Of a DNA stretch of 64,000 bases, positions 33,101-46,476 are shown one piece after another. A program made the position numbers and the translations under genes. How positions within the stretch are numbered: the stretch's first letter is position 1; each line of letters opens with the position of its first letter. Origin of the DNA: Macrostomum lignano. Lineage: Eukaryota. The DNA lies in the NCBI GenBank assembly GCA_002269645.1, contig NIVC01002626.1, positions 91,210-155,209 on the forward strand, written 5' to 3'. Below the pieces are notes generated by a model. It had not been told where the DNA came from. It saw only the letters and a program-made list of their open reading frames with translations, and ran no database searches.

Positions 33101-35689
33101 AGACAGTTGGAGTGAGTGAGTAGGAGACAGTTGGAGTGAGTAGAAGACAGTTGGAGTGAGTAGGAGACAGTTGGAGTGAGTAGAAGACACTGGAGTGAGT
33201 AGAAGACACTGGAGTGATTAGAAGACAGTTGAGAGAGTAGGAGACAGTTGTAGTGAGTAGGAGACAGTTGGAGTGAGTAGGAGACAGTTGGAGTGAGTAG
33301 GAGACAGTTGGAGTGAGTAGAAGACAGTTGAGTGAGTAGGAGACAGTTGGAGTGAGTAGAAGACAGTTGGAGTGAGTAGAAGACAGTTGGAGTGAGTAGG
33401 AGACAGTTGGAGTGAGTAGAAGACAGTTGGAGTGAGTAGGAGGCAGTTGGAGTGAGTAGAAGACACTGGAGTGAGTAGAAGACACTGGAGTGATTAGAAG
33501 ACAGTTGAGTGAGTAGAAGACAGTTGGGGTGATTAGGAGACAGTTGGAGTGAGTAGGAGACAGTTGGAGTGAGTAGGAGACAGTTGGAGTGAGTAGGAGA
33601 CAGTTGGATTGAGTAGGAGACAGTTGGAGTGAGTAGAAGACACTGGAGTGAGTAGAAGACACTGGAGTGAGTAGGAGACAGTTGGAGTGAGTAGGAGACA
33701 GTTGGAGTGAGTAGGAGACAGTTGGAGTGAGTAGGAGACAGTTGTAGTGAGTAGGAGACAGTTGGAGTGAGTAGGAGACAGTTGTAGTGAGTAGGAGACA
33801 GTTGGAGTGAGTAGGAGACAGTTGGAGTGAGTAGGAGACAGTTGGAGTGAGTAGGAGACAGTTGGAGTGAGTAGAAGACAGTTGAGTGAGTAGGAGACAG
33901 TTGGAGTGAGTAGAAGACACTGGAGTGAGTAGTAGACACTGGAGTGAGTAGGAGACAGTTGGAGTGAGTAGGAGACAGTTGGAGTGAGTAGGAGACAGTT
34001 GTAGTGAGTAGGAGACAGTTGGAGTGAGTAGAAGACAGTTGGAGTGAGTAAGAGACAGTTGGAGTGAGTAGGAGACAGTTGGAGTGAGTAGAAGACACTG
34101 GAGTGAGTAGAAGACACTGGAGTGATTAGAAGACAGTTGAGTGAGTAGAAGACAGTTGGGGTGATTAGGAGACAGTTGGAGTGAGTAGGAGACAGTTGGA
34201 GTGAGTAGGAGACAGTTGGAGTGAGTAGGAGACAGTTGGAGTGAGTAGAAGACAGTTAAGTGAGTAGGAGGCACTAAGGTGAGTAGAAGACACTGGAGTG
34301 ATTAGAAGACAGTTGAGTGAGTAGAAGACAGTTGGAGTGAGTAGGAGGCAGTTGGAGTGAGTAGAAGACACTGGAGTGAGTAGAAGACAGTTGTAGTGAG
34401 TAGGAGGCAGTTGGAGTGATGAGAAGACAGTTGGAGTGAGTAGGAGACAGTTGGAGTGAGTAGGAGACAGTTGGAGTGAGTAGGAGACAGTTGGAGTGAG
34501 TAGAAGACAGTTGGAGTGAGTAGAAGACAGTTGGAGTGAGTGGGAGACAGTTGGAGTGAGTAGGAGACAGTTGGAGTGAGTAGGAGACAGTTGGAGTGAG
34601 TAGGAGACAGTTGGAGTGAGTAGGAGACAGTTGGAGTGAGTAGAAGACACTGGAGTGAGTAGAAGACACTGGAGTGAGTAGGAGACAGTTGGAGTGAGTA
34701 GGAGACAGTTGGAGTGAGTAGGAGACAGTTGGAGTGAGTAGGAGACAGTTGTAGTGAGTAGGAGACAGTTGGAGTGAGTAGGAGACAGTTGTAGTGAGTA
34801 GGAGACACTGGAGTGAGTAGAAGACACTGGAGTGAGTAGAAGACACTGGAGTGAGTAGAAGACACTGGAGTGAGTAGAAGACACTGGAGTGAGTAGAAGA
34901 CACTGGAGTGAGTAGAAGACACTGGAGTGAGTAGAAGACACTGGAGTGAGTAGAAGACACTGGAGTGAGTAGAAGACACTGGGGTGAATAGAAGGCAGTT
35001 GGAGTGAGTAGAAGACACTGGAGTGATTAGAAGACAGTTGAGTGAGTAGAAGACAGTTGAGTGAGTAGGAGACAGTTGGAGTGAGTAGAAGACAGTTGAG
35101 TGAGTAGGAGACAGTTGGAGTGAGTAGAAGGCAGTTGGAGTGAGTAGAAAACACTGAGGTGAGTAGAAGACACTGGAGTGATTAGAAGACAGTTGAGTGA
35201 GTAGGAGACAGTTGGAGTGAGTAGAAGGCAGTTGGAGTGAGTAGAAGACACTGAGGTGAGTAGAAGACACTGGAGTGAGTAGAAGACACTGGAGTGAGTA
35301 GAAGACAGTTGAGTGAGTAGGAGACAGTTGGAGTTATTAGAAGACAGTTGGAGTGAGTAGGAGACAGTTGGAGTGAGTAGAAGACACTGGAGTGAGTAGA
35401 AGACACTGGAGTGAGTAGAAGGCAGTTGGAGTGATTAGAAGACAGTTGGAGTGAGTAGGAGGCAGTTGGAGTGAGTAGAAGACACTGGAGTGGGTAGAAG
35501 GCAGTTGGAGTGAGTAGAAGACACTGGAGTGAGTAGAAGACACTGGAGTGAGTAGAAGACACTGGAGTGAGTAGAAGACACTGGAGTGAGTAGAAGACAC
35601 TGGAGTGAGTAGAAGACACTGGAGTGAGTAGAAGACACTGGAGTGAGTAGAAGACACTGGAGTGAGTAGAAGACACTGGGGTGAGTAGA
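15183..35689 (+). repeat. 20.5-kb satellite, 20-bp consensus ggagtgagtaggagacagtt, about 1000 units, with higher-order repeats
   Basis: Continuous array; recurrent variants (gaagacagtt, 19-bp gaagacact, gtgatt, gtagtg, aagtgagtaggaggcactaagg). Identical ORF-track translations recur at offsets of 1599 and 3770 bp. Confidence 0.98.
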
Positions 35690-36394
35690 GGGCTGAGTGA
35701 GATGGAGAATGGAAAGTAAGAGGCCAGATGAGAAGTAATATTAAAGTGGGAAGTCAAGAGATACGCATTTAGCAGAGACAGAACACTACAGCCGATGGCA
35801 AGCTAATCGAAGACAGCGCCAAAAAAATAATTTCTGATCAAAGCGCGCTAGCATGACGCACTTGAGTTCACACAAACGAGTTGGATGTTTCTGCCGGGAC
35901 ACTAATTCTCAATCCATCGCGCACTGCCTCCAATAATTATCAGCACACAGCTGCGGGTCCCAGGCCCGACTTGACAGTGGACTGAGCGCTTTGCCGCTAT
36001 TCAATGCCCGCGGGTGGCGATTGCGACAGCCCAGCAGCTGGGGCCCGCGGATCTGCAATTTTGATAAATTGTTACCACACGAACCGCTTTGAAGAGAACT
36101 GGCCGGATTTATTATTGAAATGAAGCGGCCCGGAATTTGAGCAGCTTGGCCGTAAATCTGCAGTGCCAAAACCGGCCGCTGCGATCTTTCCGTTTCAGTT
36201 TTTGGGGGATTTCGGGTGAAAAAAGCTTGACAACTTTTTGACGTTTCTGAACTGGGGCTGGGGTGAGGGCTGAGCTGCATGACCTTTTTTGCACTTTTCA
36301 TGAAGTGCCGATCGAGCGAAGAGGATTTATTGCAATAGTATGAAGCAGCTGTGAGCAAATTTGAGGCACCGTCACACGGGCACTGTGACTGTCC

Positions 36395-37995
<1,601 letters not shown>

Positions 37996-37997
37996 TG

Positions 37998-38215
<218 letters not shown>

Positions 38216-38927
38216 ATGAATAAAAATTTTTTTGGAGCACACTTTCTGGAGTTAGAAATGCATTCATAAAACTCAATTTAATAAAGCATACAGAGCACTT
38301 CTGCATTTCTATCCTATTATCGGATTAAGGCAAACAATCCTCGGCCACCTGCCCTTGCCTCAGCTCTTGCCTATGGCCGGCGGCCGTTATTGGCCCCCCT
38401 GGCGTCAGCAAATCGACGAGAAGCCAGCGCAGCATCAGCAGTCGCATATCGACCCCACAGTCCAATGCATCTGGCTCCAGCTGTATTAAATATTCGTACA
38501 GAGATTCTCTCTTTCTCTGTGTGTAAATTGCACGTGAACAAAATTGCAGTTCAACCAATCTAGTTGTTGCTATGGCGTCAACAAACACATAGAGATACAG
38601 CTTCATGTGAGCAATGCAACGCAACACGCGGCTGTTGGTACTGCTGATTTTGGGACTAACAGGTATTTTTGTCGGTTAATATTTGCTTTCAGCTTGGGTA
38701 GCGTATGCAGAGAGCATTTGCATGTTGCTGCTCCTGTACAGCTGGATGTACTCATTGTATATTAATGCAAAAAGGTTTGTTTCAGAGCAGGTAAAATGCA
38801 TTGATATAATTCAGTCTACTTCGAAGTAGAAACATTGCACTAAATAGATATTGCTTTTGTCAGCCAATTTGTGAATTTCCATTTGGCTGTGGTACACTTG
38901 GTCTGGCCCATAGACATTCACATAGAC

Positions 38928-39479
38928 CAGGGGTTGGCAAACTCCGGCCCGCGAAGCCTCTCTATCCCGACCTTCGGTCCTTGGGACTCCACCATAGCAA
39001 CTTGGCCCGCTCTCCTCTCCTCTCCTCTCCTCTCCTCTCCTCTTCTCTTCTCTCCTCTTCTCTCCTCTCCTCTCCCCTCCTCTCTTCTCCTCTCCTCTCC
39101 TCTCCTCTCCTCTCCATTCTCTCCTCTCCCTCCTCTCCTCTCCTCTCCTCTCCTCTCCTCTCCTCTCCTCTCCTCTCCTCTCCTCTCCATTCTCTCCTCT
39201 CCCTCCTCTCCCTTCTCTCCTCTCCTCTCCCTTCTATATTCTCCCTCTTCTCCCTTTCACTCCCTCCTACCATCTCCCTTCTCTCCTCTCTCTTCTATTT
39301 TCTACTCTATCCTCTCTCCTCTTTCCTCTCCTCTCTTCTCCTTTATTCCTCGCCTCTCCATTCTCCTATATCTCTTCTCTCTTTTCCATTCTATCTCGAT
39401 CCTCTCCCCCCTCCTCTTGGCCCACAGTCATGCAGATTTTCCATCTGCCCCATGAGGTGAAACATTTCGCCAACCCCTG
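38928..39479. mobile_element. Non-autonomous hAT (Charlie-type) element / MITE with internal (CTCCT)n expansion
   Basis: TIRs CAGGGGTTGGCAAA (38928) and TTCGCCAACCCCTG (ends 39479), one mismatch; 8-bp flanks ACATAGAC / ACACAGAC (one mismatch); subterminal CCGGCCCGCG typical of Charlie-like ends. Confidence 0.8.
39008..39418 (+). repeat. (CTCCT)n pentamer microsatellite inside the hAT MITE
   Basis: Pure on the left, degenerate on the right. Confidence 0.9.
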
Positions 39480-40814
39480 ACACAGACGGAAAAAGACAGG
39501 CAAGTTGATACTCTTGCCATAGACATCAGCACAAAGTCTATTGGGCTCAAGCAAAATATGCATGATCTGTGGGTGCACAGCGGTCCCTTCTGCTTTCACT
39601 GTGCACGAGTCAGCAAGTCTAGAGAGAAAAACTAGGTCCTTTATATTCCTATTCACGAGCAGGACAGCAACTCACTGATGATCAACACGACTGCAGTAGT
39701 CCTGCAAGCCAAAGCTTGCATTCGGTAACTTTTCGGTCAAGCACAGATTAGCTCCATCAACAGAGACATTGCGTGTCAATCTCTGCTGGTAGTGCCTGCG
39801 CTCAATGCGAGCAATAATTGGGCTCAACTAGCTAGCTATCTATGCTCTTACTCTGCAGTTTGCATTCTCAAAGCAGTGCCGATCGGGACATTTTCGACCT
39901 CGTGAATTTAGCTTGTATAGGTTTTGCTAGATCGAGAATCAAACTGTAAATCACGCACCGACATTGCTGTTGCATGCTTTGTTTTTTTAGAAATGAGCTG
40001 CAGGCCGTTAGGAATGTGTACTTGTCGTACCGCTACGCTAGTGCATTTACAAAGTAGGCTCTCGAGAATGCATAGCAACTGAATGGGGTTCAACCATAGA
40101 CAATATCGGTCTCGGGGACCGTAGATTTGTTTAGTTGTTTTATAAGAAATTCAGAAAAATAAGCTTCCGACGTTTCTGGGACAGTTTAGCTCTCAGATTA
40201 GCACTTTCTCCCCGGACCCCTCGGAAGCGGGCGGTGTCGGCAGTTCCAGTAAGCCATGCAGATTCTTTCACAGCTGGGACGGGTTGCGAAGGGGGGGGGA
40301 CGTGTTCGGCCCAAATAGAATCCCAACTATAACTTTCGATTTTGGTTGAAGGATATCCGAACTCCCCCCCCCGACCCCGGAAGCTTCTGGGAACAATTTT
40401 TTTTAGAATTTGCAACTTGTTGTTGTCAGTCAGGTCTGGGTTACACTGCCTTCAACTCCCGTAGCAACTGTTGCCGAAATTGTTTCTTTCTTGCAATACC
40501 GGCCAGAGGAAACAGGGATGGCGGCGACGCGTTAAAAACGAGAAAAGATTCTGGACAGCAAGTTATGAAGGGAATTCTGCATCTGTCAGTTTGGAGGCGC
40601 CTGGGTGCTAAGGATATTCTATATGTAGCAAAATTTGCTTTGCAAATCACTTGGTGGCGACCGGAATGAAGACGGGTTGTTTATTCTCGAATTTTGGTGC
40701 AAAAGGTTTGGCCTTAGATATGAATACTTGATGAGTACAATGAAATTGTTTAGGTAAATGACCACCGAATTTTATATCATTCTGCTCGATCTCACTTCAA
40801 GAGACTAGGTTTCT

Positions 40815-42423
40815 TGTAGTTCCTGAGGTCTGTTTTTAGTTCCTGGGGTCTGTTTTAGGTTCCTGGGGTCTGTTTTAGGTTCCTAAGGTCTGTTTTGGTT
40901 CCTGAGGTCTGTTTTGGTTCCTGAGGTCTGTTTTGGTTCCTGAGGTCTGTTTTGGTTCCTGAGGTCTGTTTTGGTTCCTGGGTCTGCTTTAGTTCCCGAG
41001 GTCTGTTTTAGTTCCTGAGGTCTGTTTTGGTTCCTGAGGTCTGCTTTAGTTCCCGAGGTCTGTTTTAGTTCCTGAGGTCTGTTTTAGGTTCCTGAGGTCT
41101 GTTTTGGTTCCTGAGGTCTGTTTTTAGTTCCTGGGGTCTGTTTTAGGTTCCTGAGGTCTGTTTTGGTCCTGGGGTCTGTTTTAGTTCCTGAGGTCTGTTT
41201 TTAGTCCTGAGGTCTGTTTTAGTTCGTGAGGTCTGTTTTTAGTTCCTGGGGTCTGTTTTAGGTTCCTGAGGTCTGTTTTAGTTCCTAAGGTCTGTTTTTA
41301 GTTCCTGAGGTCTGTTTTTAGTTCCTGATGTCTGTTTTAGTTCCTGGGGTCTTTTTTAGGTTCCTGAGGTCTGTTTTTAGTTCCTGAGGTCTGTTTTAGT
41401 TTCTGAGGTCTGTTTTTAGTTCCTGAGGTCTGTTTTAGTTTCTGAGGTCTGTTTTGGTTCCTGAGGTCTGTTTTAGTTCCTGAGGTCTGTTTTAGTTCCT
41501 GAGGTCTGTTTTGTCTGTTTTTAGTTCCTGAGGTCTGTTTTGGTTCCTGAGGTCTGTTTTGGTTCCTGGGGTCTGTTTTAGGTTCCTGAGGTCTGTTTTT
41601 AGTTCCTGAGGTCTGTTTTAGTTTCTGAGGTCTGTTTTTAGTTCCTGGGGTCTGTTTTAGGTTCCTGGGGTCTGTTTTTAGTTCCTGATGTCTGTTTTTA
41701 GTTCCTGAGGTCTGTTTTTAGTTCCTGAGGTCTGTTTTTAGTTCCTGAGGTCTTTTTTAGGTTCCTGAGGTCTGTTTTAAGTTCCTGAGGTCTGTTTTAG
41801 GTTCCTGAGGTCTGCTTTAGTTGCTTAGGTCTGTTTTAGGTTTCTGAGGTCTGTTTTAGTTCCTGAGGTCTGTTGTAGTTCCTGAGGTCTGTTTTAGTTC
41901 CTGGGGTCTGTTTTAGTTCCTGGGGTCTGTTGTAGTTCCTGAGGTCTGTTGTAGTTCTTGAGGTCTGTTGTAGTTCCTGAGGTCTGTTGTAGTTCCTGAG
42001 GTCTGTTGTAGTTCCTGAGGTCTGTTGTAGTTCCTGAGGTCTGTTGTAGTTCCTGAGGTCTGTTGTAGTTCCTGAGGTCTGTTTTAGTTCCTGAGGTCTG
42101 TTGTAGTTCCTGGGGTCTGTTTTGGTTCCTGGGGTCTGTTGTAGTTCCTGGGGTCTGTTGTAGTTCCTGGGGTCTGTTGTAGTTCCTGGGGTCTGTTTTG
42201 GTTCCTGGGGTCTGTTGTAGTTCCTGGGGTCTGTTGTAGTTCCTGGGGTCTGTTGTAGTTCCTGGGGTCTGTTGTAGTTCCTGAGGTCTGTTTTAGATTC
42301 CTGAGGTCTATTTTAGTTCCTGAGGTCTGTTTTAGGTTCCTGAGGTCTGTTTTTAGTTCCTGAGGTCTGTTTTTAGTTCCTGAGGTCTGTTTTAGTTCCT
42401 GAGGTCTGTTTTGGTTCCTGAGG
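40815..42423 (+). repeat. 19-21-bp minisatellite gttcctg(a/g)ggtctgttt(t/g)(t)a
   Basis: About 80 units; a homogeneous 19-bp gttcctgaggtctgttgta sub-block near 41930-42290. Confidence 0.95.
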
Positions 42424-43119
42424 TATATCTGGCTTACTTTCTGTTTCCTGGATGCCGTTGACAATGTTTCTAAAGTCAATTATTGTAATAGTTTGCTAAT
42501 TTTGTCAAAAACTTTTACAATCCATTGAAAAAGCTGAAATAAATGTAAGTACACTCATATCGAAAAACTCATATTTGACAAACGATTTACAAAAAGGGCG
42601 GCTTCCTCTCGTTCTGCCCTGCCCTACCGCCTGCCCTACCAGTCCAAATCTCGTAACTGCATTCTGCGCCGCAGTCAAAGGAACTTTGACTCCCTTTTTT
42701 GTGGATTTCCTTCTCTGTGACTCGGTAAAGTGTATTTTTAGCTGAGCACCCCCCCCCCCCCTAGCTCAGATCGATATCCCATACGAGAGGGAGCCTGCTC
42801 CATCTGTGACCCATCGACTTTTGTTCAACGAGCTAACGGATATCGTGACTACAGAAAACTCTCTTGAACTCAAATGCAGCACATTCTATTGTTGACTGTA
42901 CTGCAGAGCTCTGAGATGGTGCCTGATACAGCTAACTGGTAGCTGGTGTACACAGTTTTTGGAGATCATTTTAAAAATTTATGCGAACAAGCTAATGAGC
43001 TCTGCCCTGTAAACTAAGATTTACACCGCCATCTGTGTGCAGCTGGGAGCACCGGTCTGATAACTGTCTACTTTCTGGTGGCTATAGTATAGATGTCGCA
43101 GTGAACAACTGCTCTGACC

Positions 43120-43697
<578 letters not shown>

Positions 43698-44000
43698 CAG
43701 TGGAGAGACAGTATCACCACATGGATAAATAGAACATAAAAAGCTTTCTGCCCAAGCCGAAGTGTCAAAAAGTGCCTGGCCAGCAGATGCGACAGCAGCC
43801 GGGCGCCGCAGCAGTGAATAATTGATCAGAACATATTTTCCCGTGGGGCTTTCTCGGCAATGCTTCTGGCCGCCAGACAGCCGTGTTACAGGTTTACAAT
43901 GCAACTGGGGCCGACTTTCATGCCGAATGGACCGAAGTTTCAGCAGTCAGCGCTCTCGTAACCAGTCTGCGGTGCAACGGGCCGTGAGACTGCGTGTGTG

Positions 44001-44212
<212 letters not shown>

Positions 44213-44281
44213 CAGACAGACACTCGAATAATTAATGCCGCTTCTGCCTCCTTCAGGGTGTCAACATGTTTTCGTATTATG

Positions 44282-44910
<629 letters not shown>

Positions 44911-45627
44911 ATAAACACAATGTTCCGCAAGCAGAATAAAATTCACAGAAATGCTTATACATGCTTTCAGATGAGGAGAGTTCACAGGGAAAGGTGTGTG
45001 CCTGATGCTAATCTAGTCATCTAGTCATGCGACTTTCGCACAGCACATGGCCACTCTCTGGGGACCGAATGCTACGATGCAGATCCAGCATGCCAATGAA
45101 TCGGCCTGTTTGAGTCCTTCTTTGACTATCTTTCTCCTCGCATCTCTGTCCCCATCCTACGTCTCTGTTTAGTAACAGTTCTAAGTAGGTGTTCGACCTG
45201 TAATTAAAAATTACAGACAGAAGTCCTGACCAGCAGTTCAGTGATGAGTTCGGTAGGCGGACTTGCCAATAGAAACGCTGTAATGCCTGTCTATTCGATG
45301 AAATACCAAATCCCAAAGGAATTTTACGGTCAGGGTTAATCCTTTTTCTCTTTGCTTTCTTGCAGCATTGTAAAAAATGTTTTATTGAACAGCTGATCGA
45401 TTTTGATGACGCCATGATGAAGTGCATCGAAGATGTTGGTTTGATGGGTTTATACAATGTCATGCAGACAAAAATACTAAATACTCTCGTAGCGTGCGAG
45501 CTAATTGATAAAACTCTCAAATGACTCAATGAGACACTAAACAAACAGATAGGTTGACAGGCAGTATGACAGACAATATGACAGACAATATGACAAGCAA
45601 TTTGACAAACAGTGGGACAGACTTCCT

Positions 45628-45988
45628 TCCCTCAGACAATGTCCCTCAGACAATGTCCCTCAGACAATGTCTCTCAGACAATGTCCCTCAGACAATATCC
45701 CTCAGACCTCAGACAATGTCCCTCAGACCTCAGACAATGTCCCTCAGACCTCAGACAATGTCCCTCAGACCTCAGACAATGTCCCTCAGACCTCAGACAA
45801 TGTCCCTCAGACAATGTCCCTCAGACCTCAGACAATGTCCCTCAGACCTCAGACAATGTCCCTCAGACCTCGGACAATGTCCCTCAGACCTCAGACAATG
45901 TCCCTCAGACAATATCCCTCAGACCTCAGACAATGTCCCTCAGACCTCAGACAATGTCCCTCAGACAATGTCCCTCAGACAATGTCCC
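45628..45988 (+). repeat. 14/21-bp minisatellite (tccctcagacaatg / tccctcagacctcagacaatg) abutting the EGF exon acceptor
   Basis: Direct reading; ends about 17 nt before the cgcag acceptor. Confidence 0.93.
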
Positions 45989-46005
45989 CTCACCCCCCCC
46001 CGCAG

Positions 46006-46476
46006 CCGCAGCCAGGGCTTCATCGGACTGCCGCCACGAACCCTGCCAACACGGCGGTGTCTGCACCGCCGGCTCGCTGACGTGCGCCTGTCCGCAGGGC
46101 TTCGTCGGCGACCGCTGCGAGCTGCCCGATCCGTGCCAGCACAGCCCGTGCCATCCGGCCAGCGCATGCGTGGTGAACTCCACCAGCTGGGGCTTCCAGT
46201 GCCTCTGTCCGTCTGGTTTCGTAGGCGACACGTGCAGCATTGACGTCAACGAGTGCCTGTCGGCTCCGTGCGCCAACGGAGGCAGTTGCGTCAACACTGA
46301 GGGCGGGTACAGCTGTCAGTGCCCTGCCAGCTTCGAGGGTCGGCACTGCGAGCTGCCTTTGTCGCCGTCTCGACCTTCAACAGCGATCGACTGTCGGCTG
46401 AACGGCGGCTGCTACAACGGTGGCGTCTGCAGCGGCGATTTCGACGGCAAATGTCGCTGCGTTAACGGATTTTCAG
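46006..46476 (+). CDS. Notch-like exon A (4 EGF repeats, one Ca-binding)
   Basis: cccccgcag| acceptor (alternative in-phase cag at 46011); [13 protein letters not shown]..., [17 protein letters not shown]...; donor G|gtgaaa at 46477. Confidence 0.88.

Noticed and set aside
15183-35689. CRISPR-like array
   Set aside because: There are no unique spacers between repeats, no cas genes, and the context is intron-containing eukaryotic DNA.
15015-35757. Dozens of long minus-strand ORFs (up to 1650 aa, SPTHSNCLLLTPTVSYSLQL repeats)
   Set aside because: The pyrimidine-rich strand of the 20-bp satellite lacks stop codons; all three frames are open with the same permuted peptide and the starts are mostly non-ATG.
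35760-36390. Promoter or first exon of the Notch-like gene
   Set aside because: The region is GC-richer and unique, but no signal-peptide ORF with a convincing donor could be found; not supportable without transcript data.
45554-46005. QTMSLR/DNVPQTS repeat as N-terminal coding sequence
   Set aside because: It is a translation of a 14/21-bp minisatellite upstream of a clear C-rich cag acceptor.
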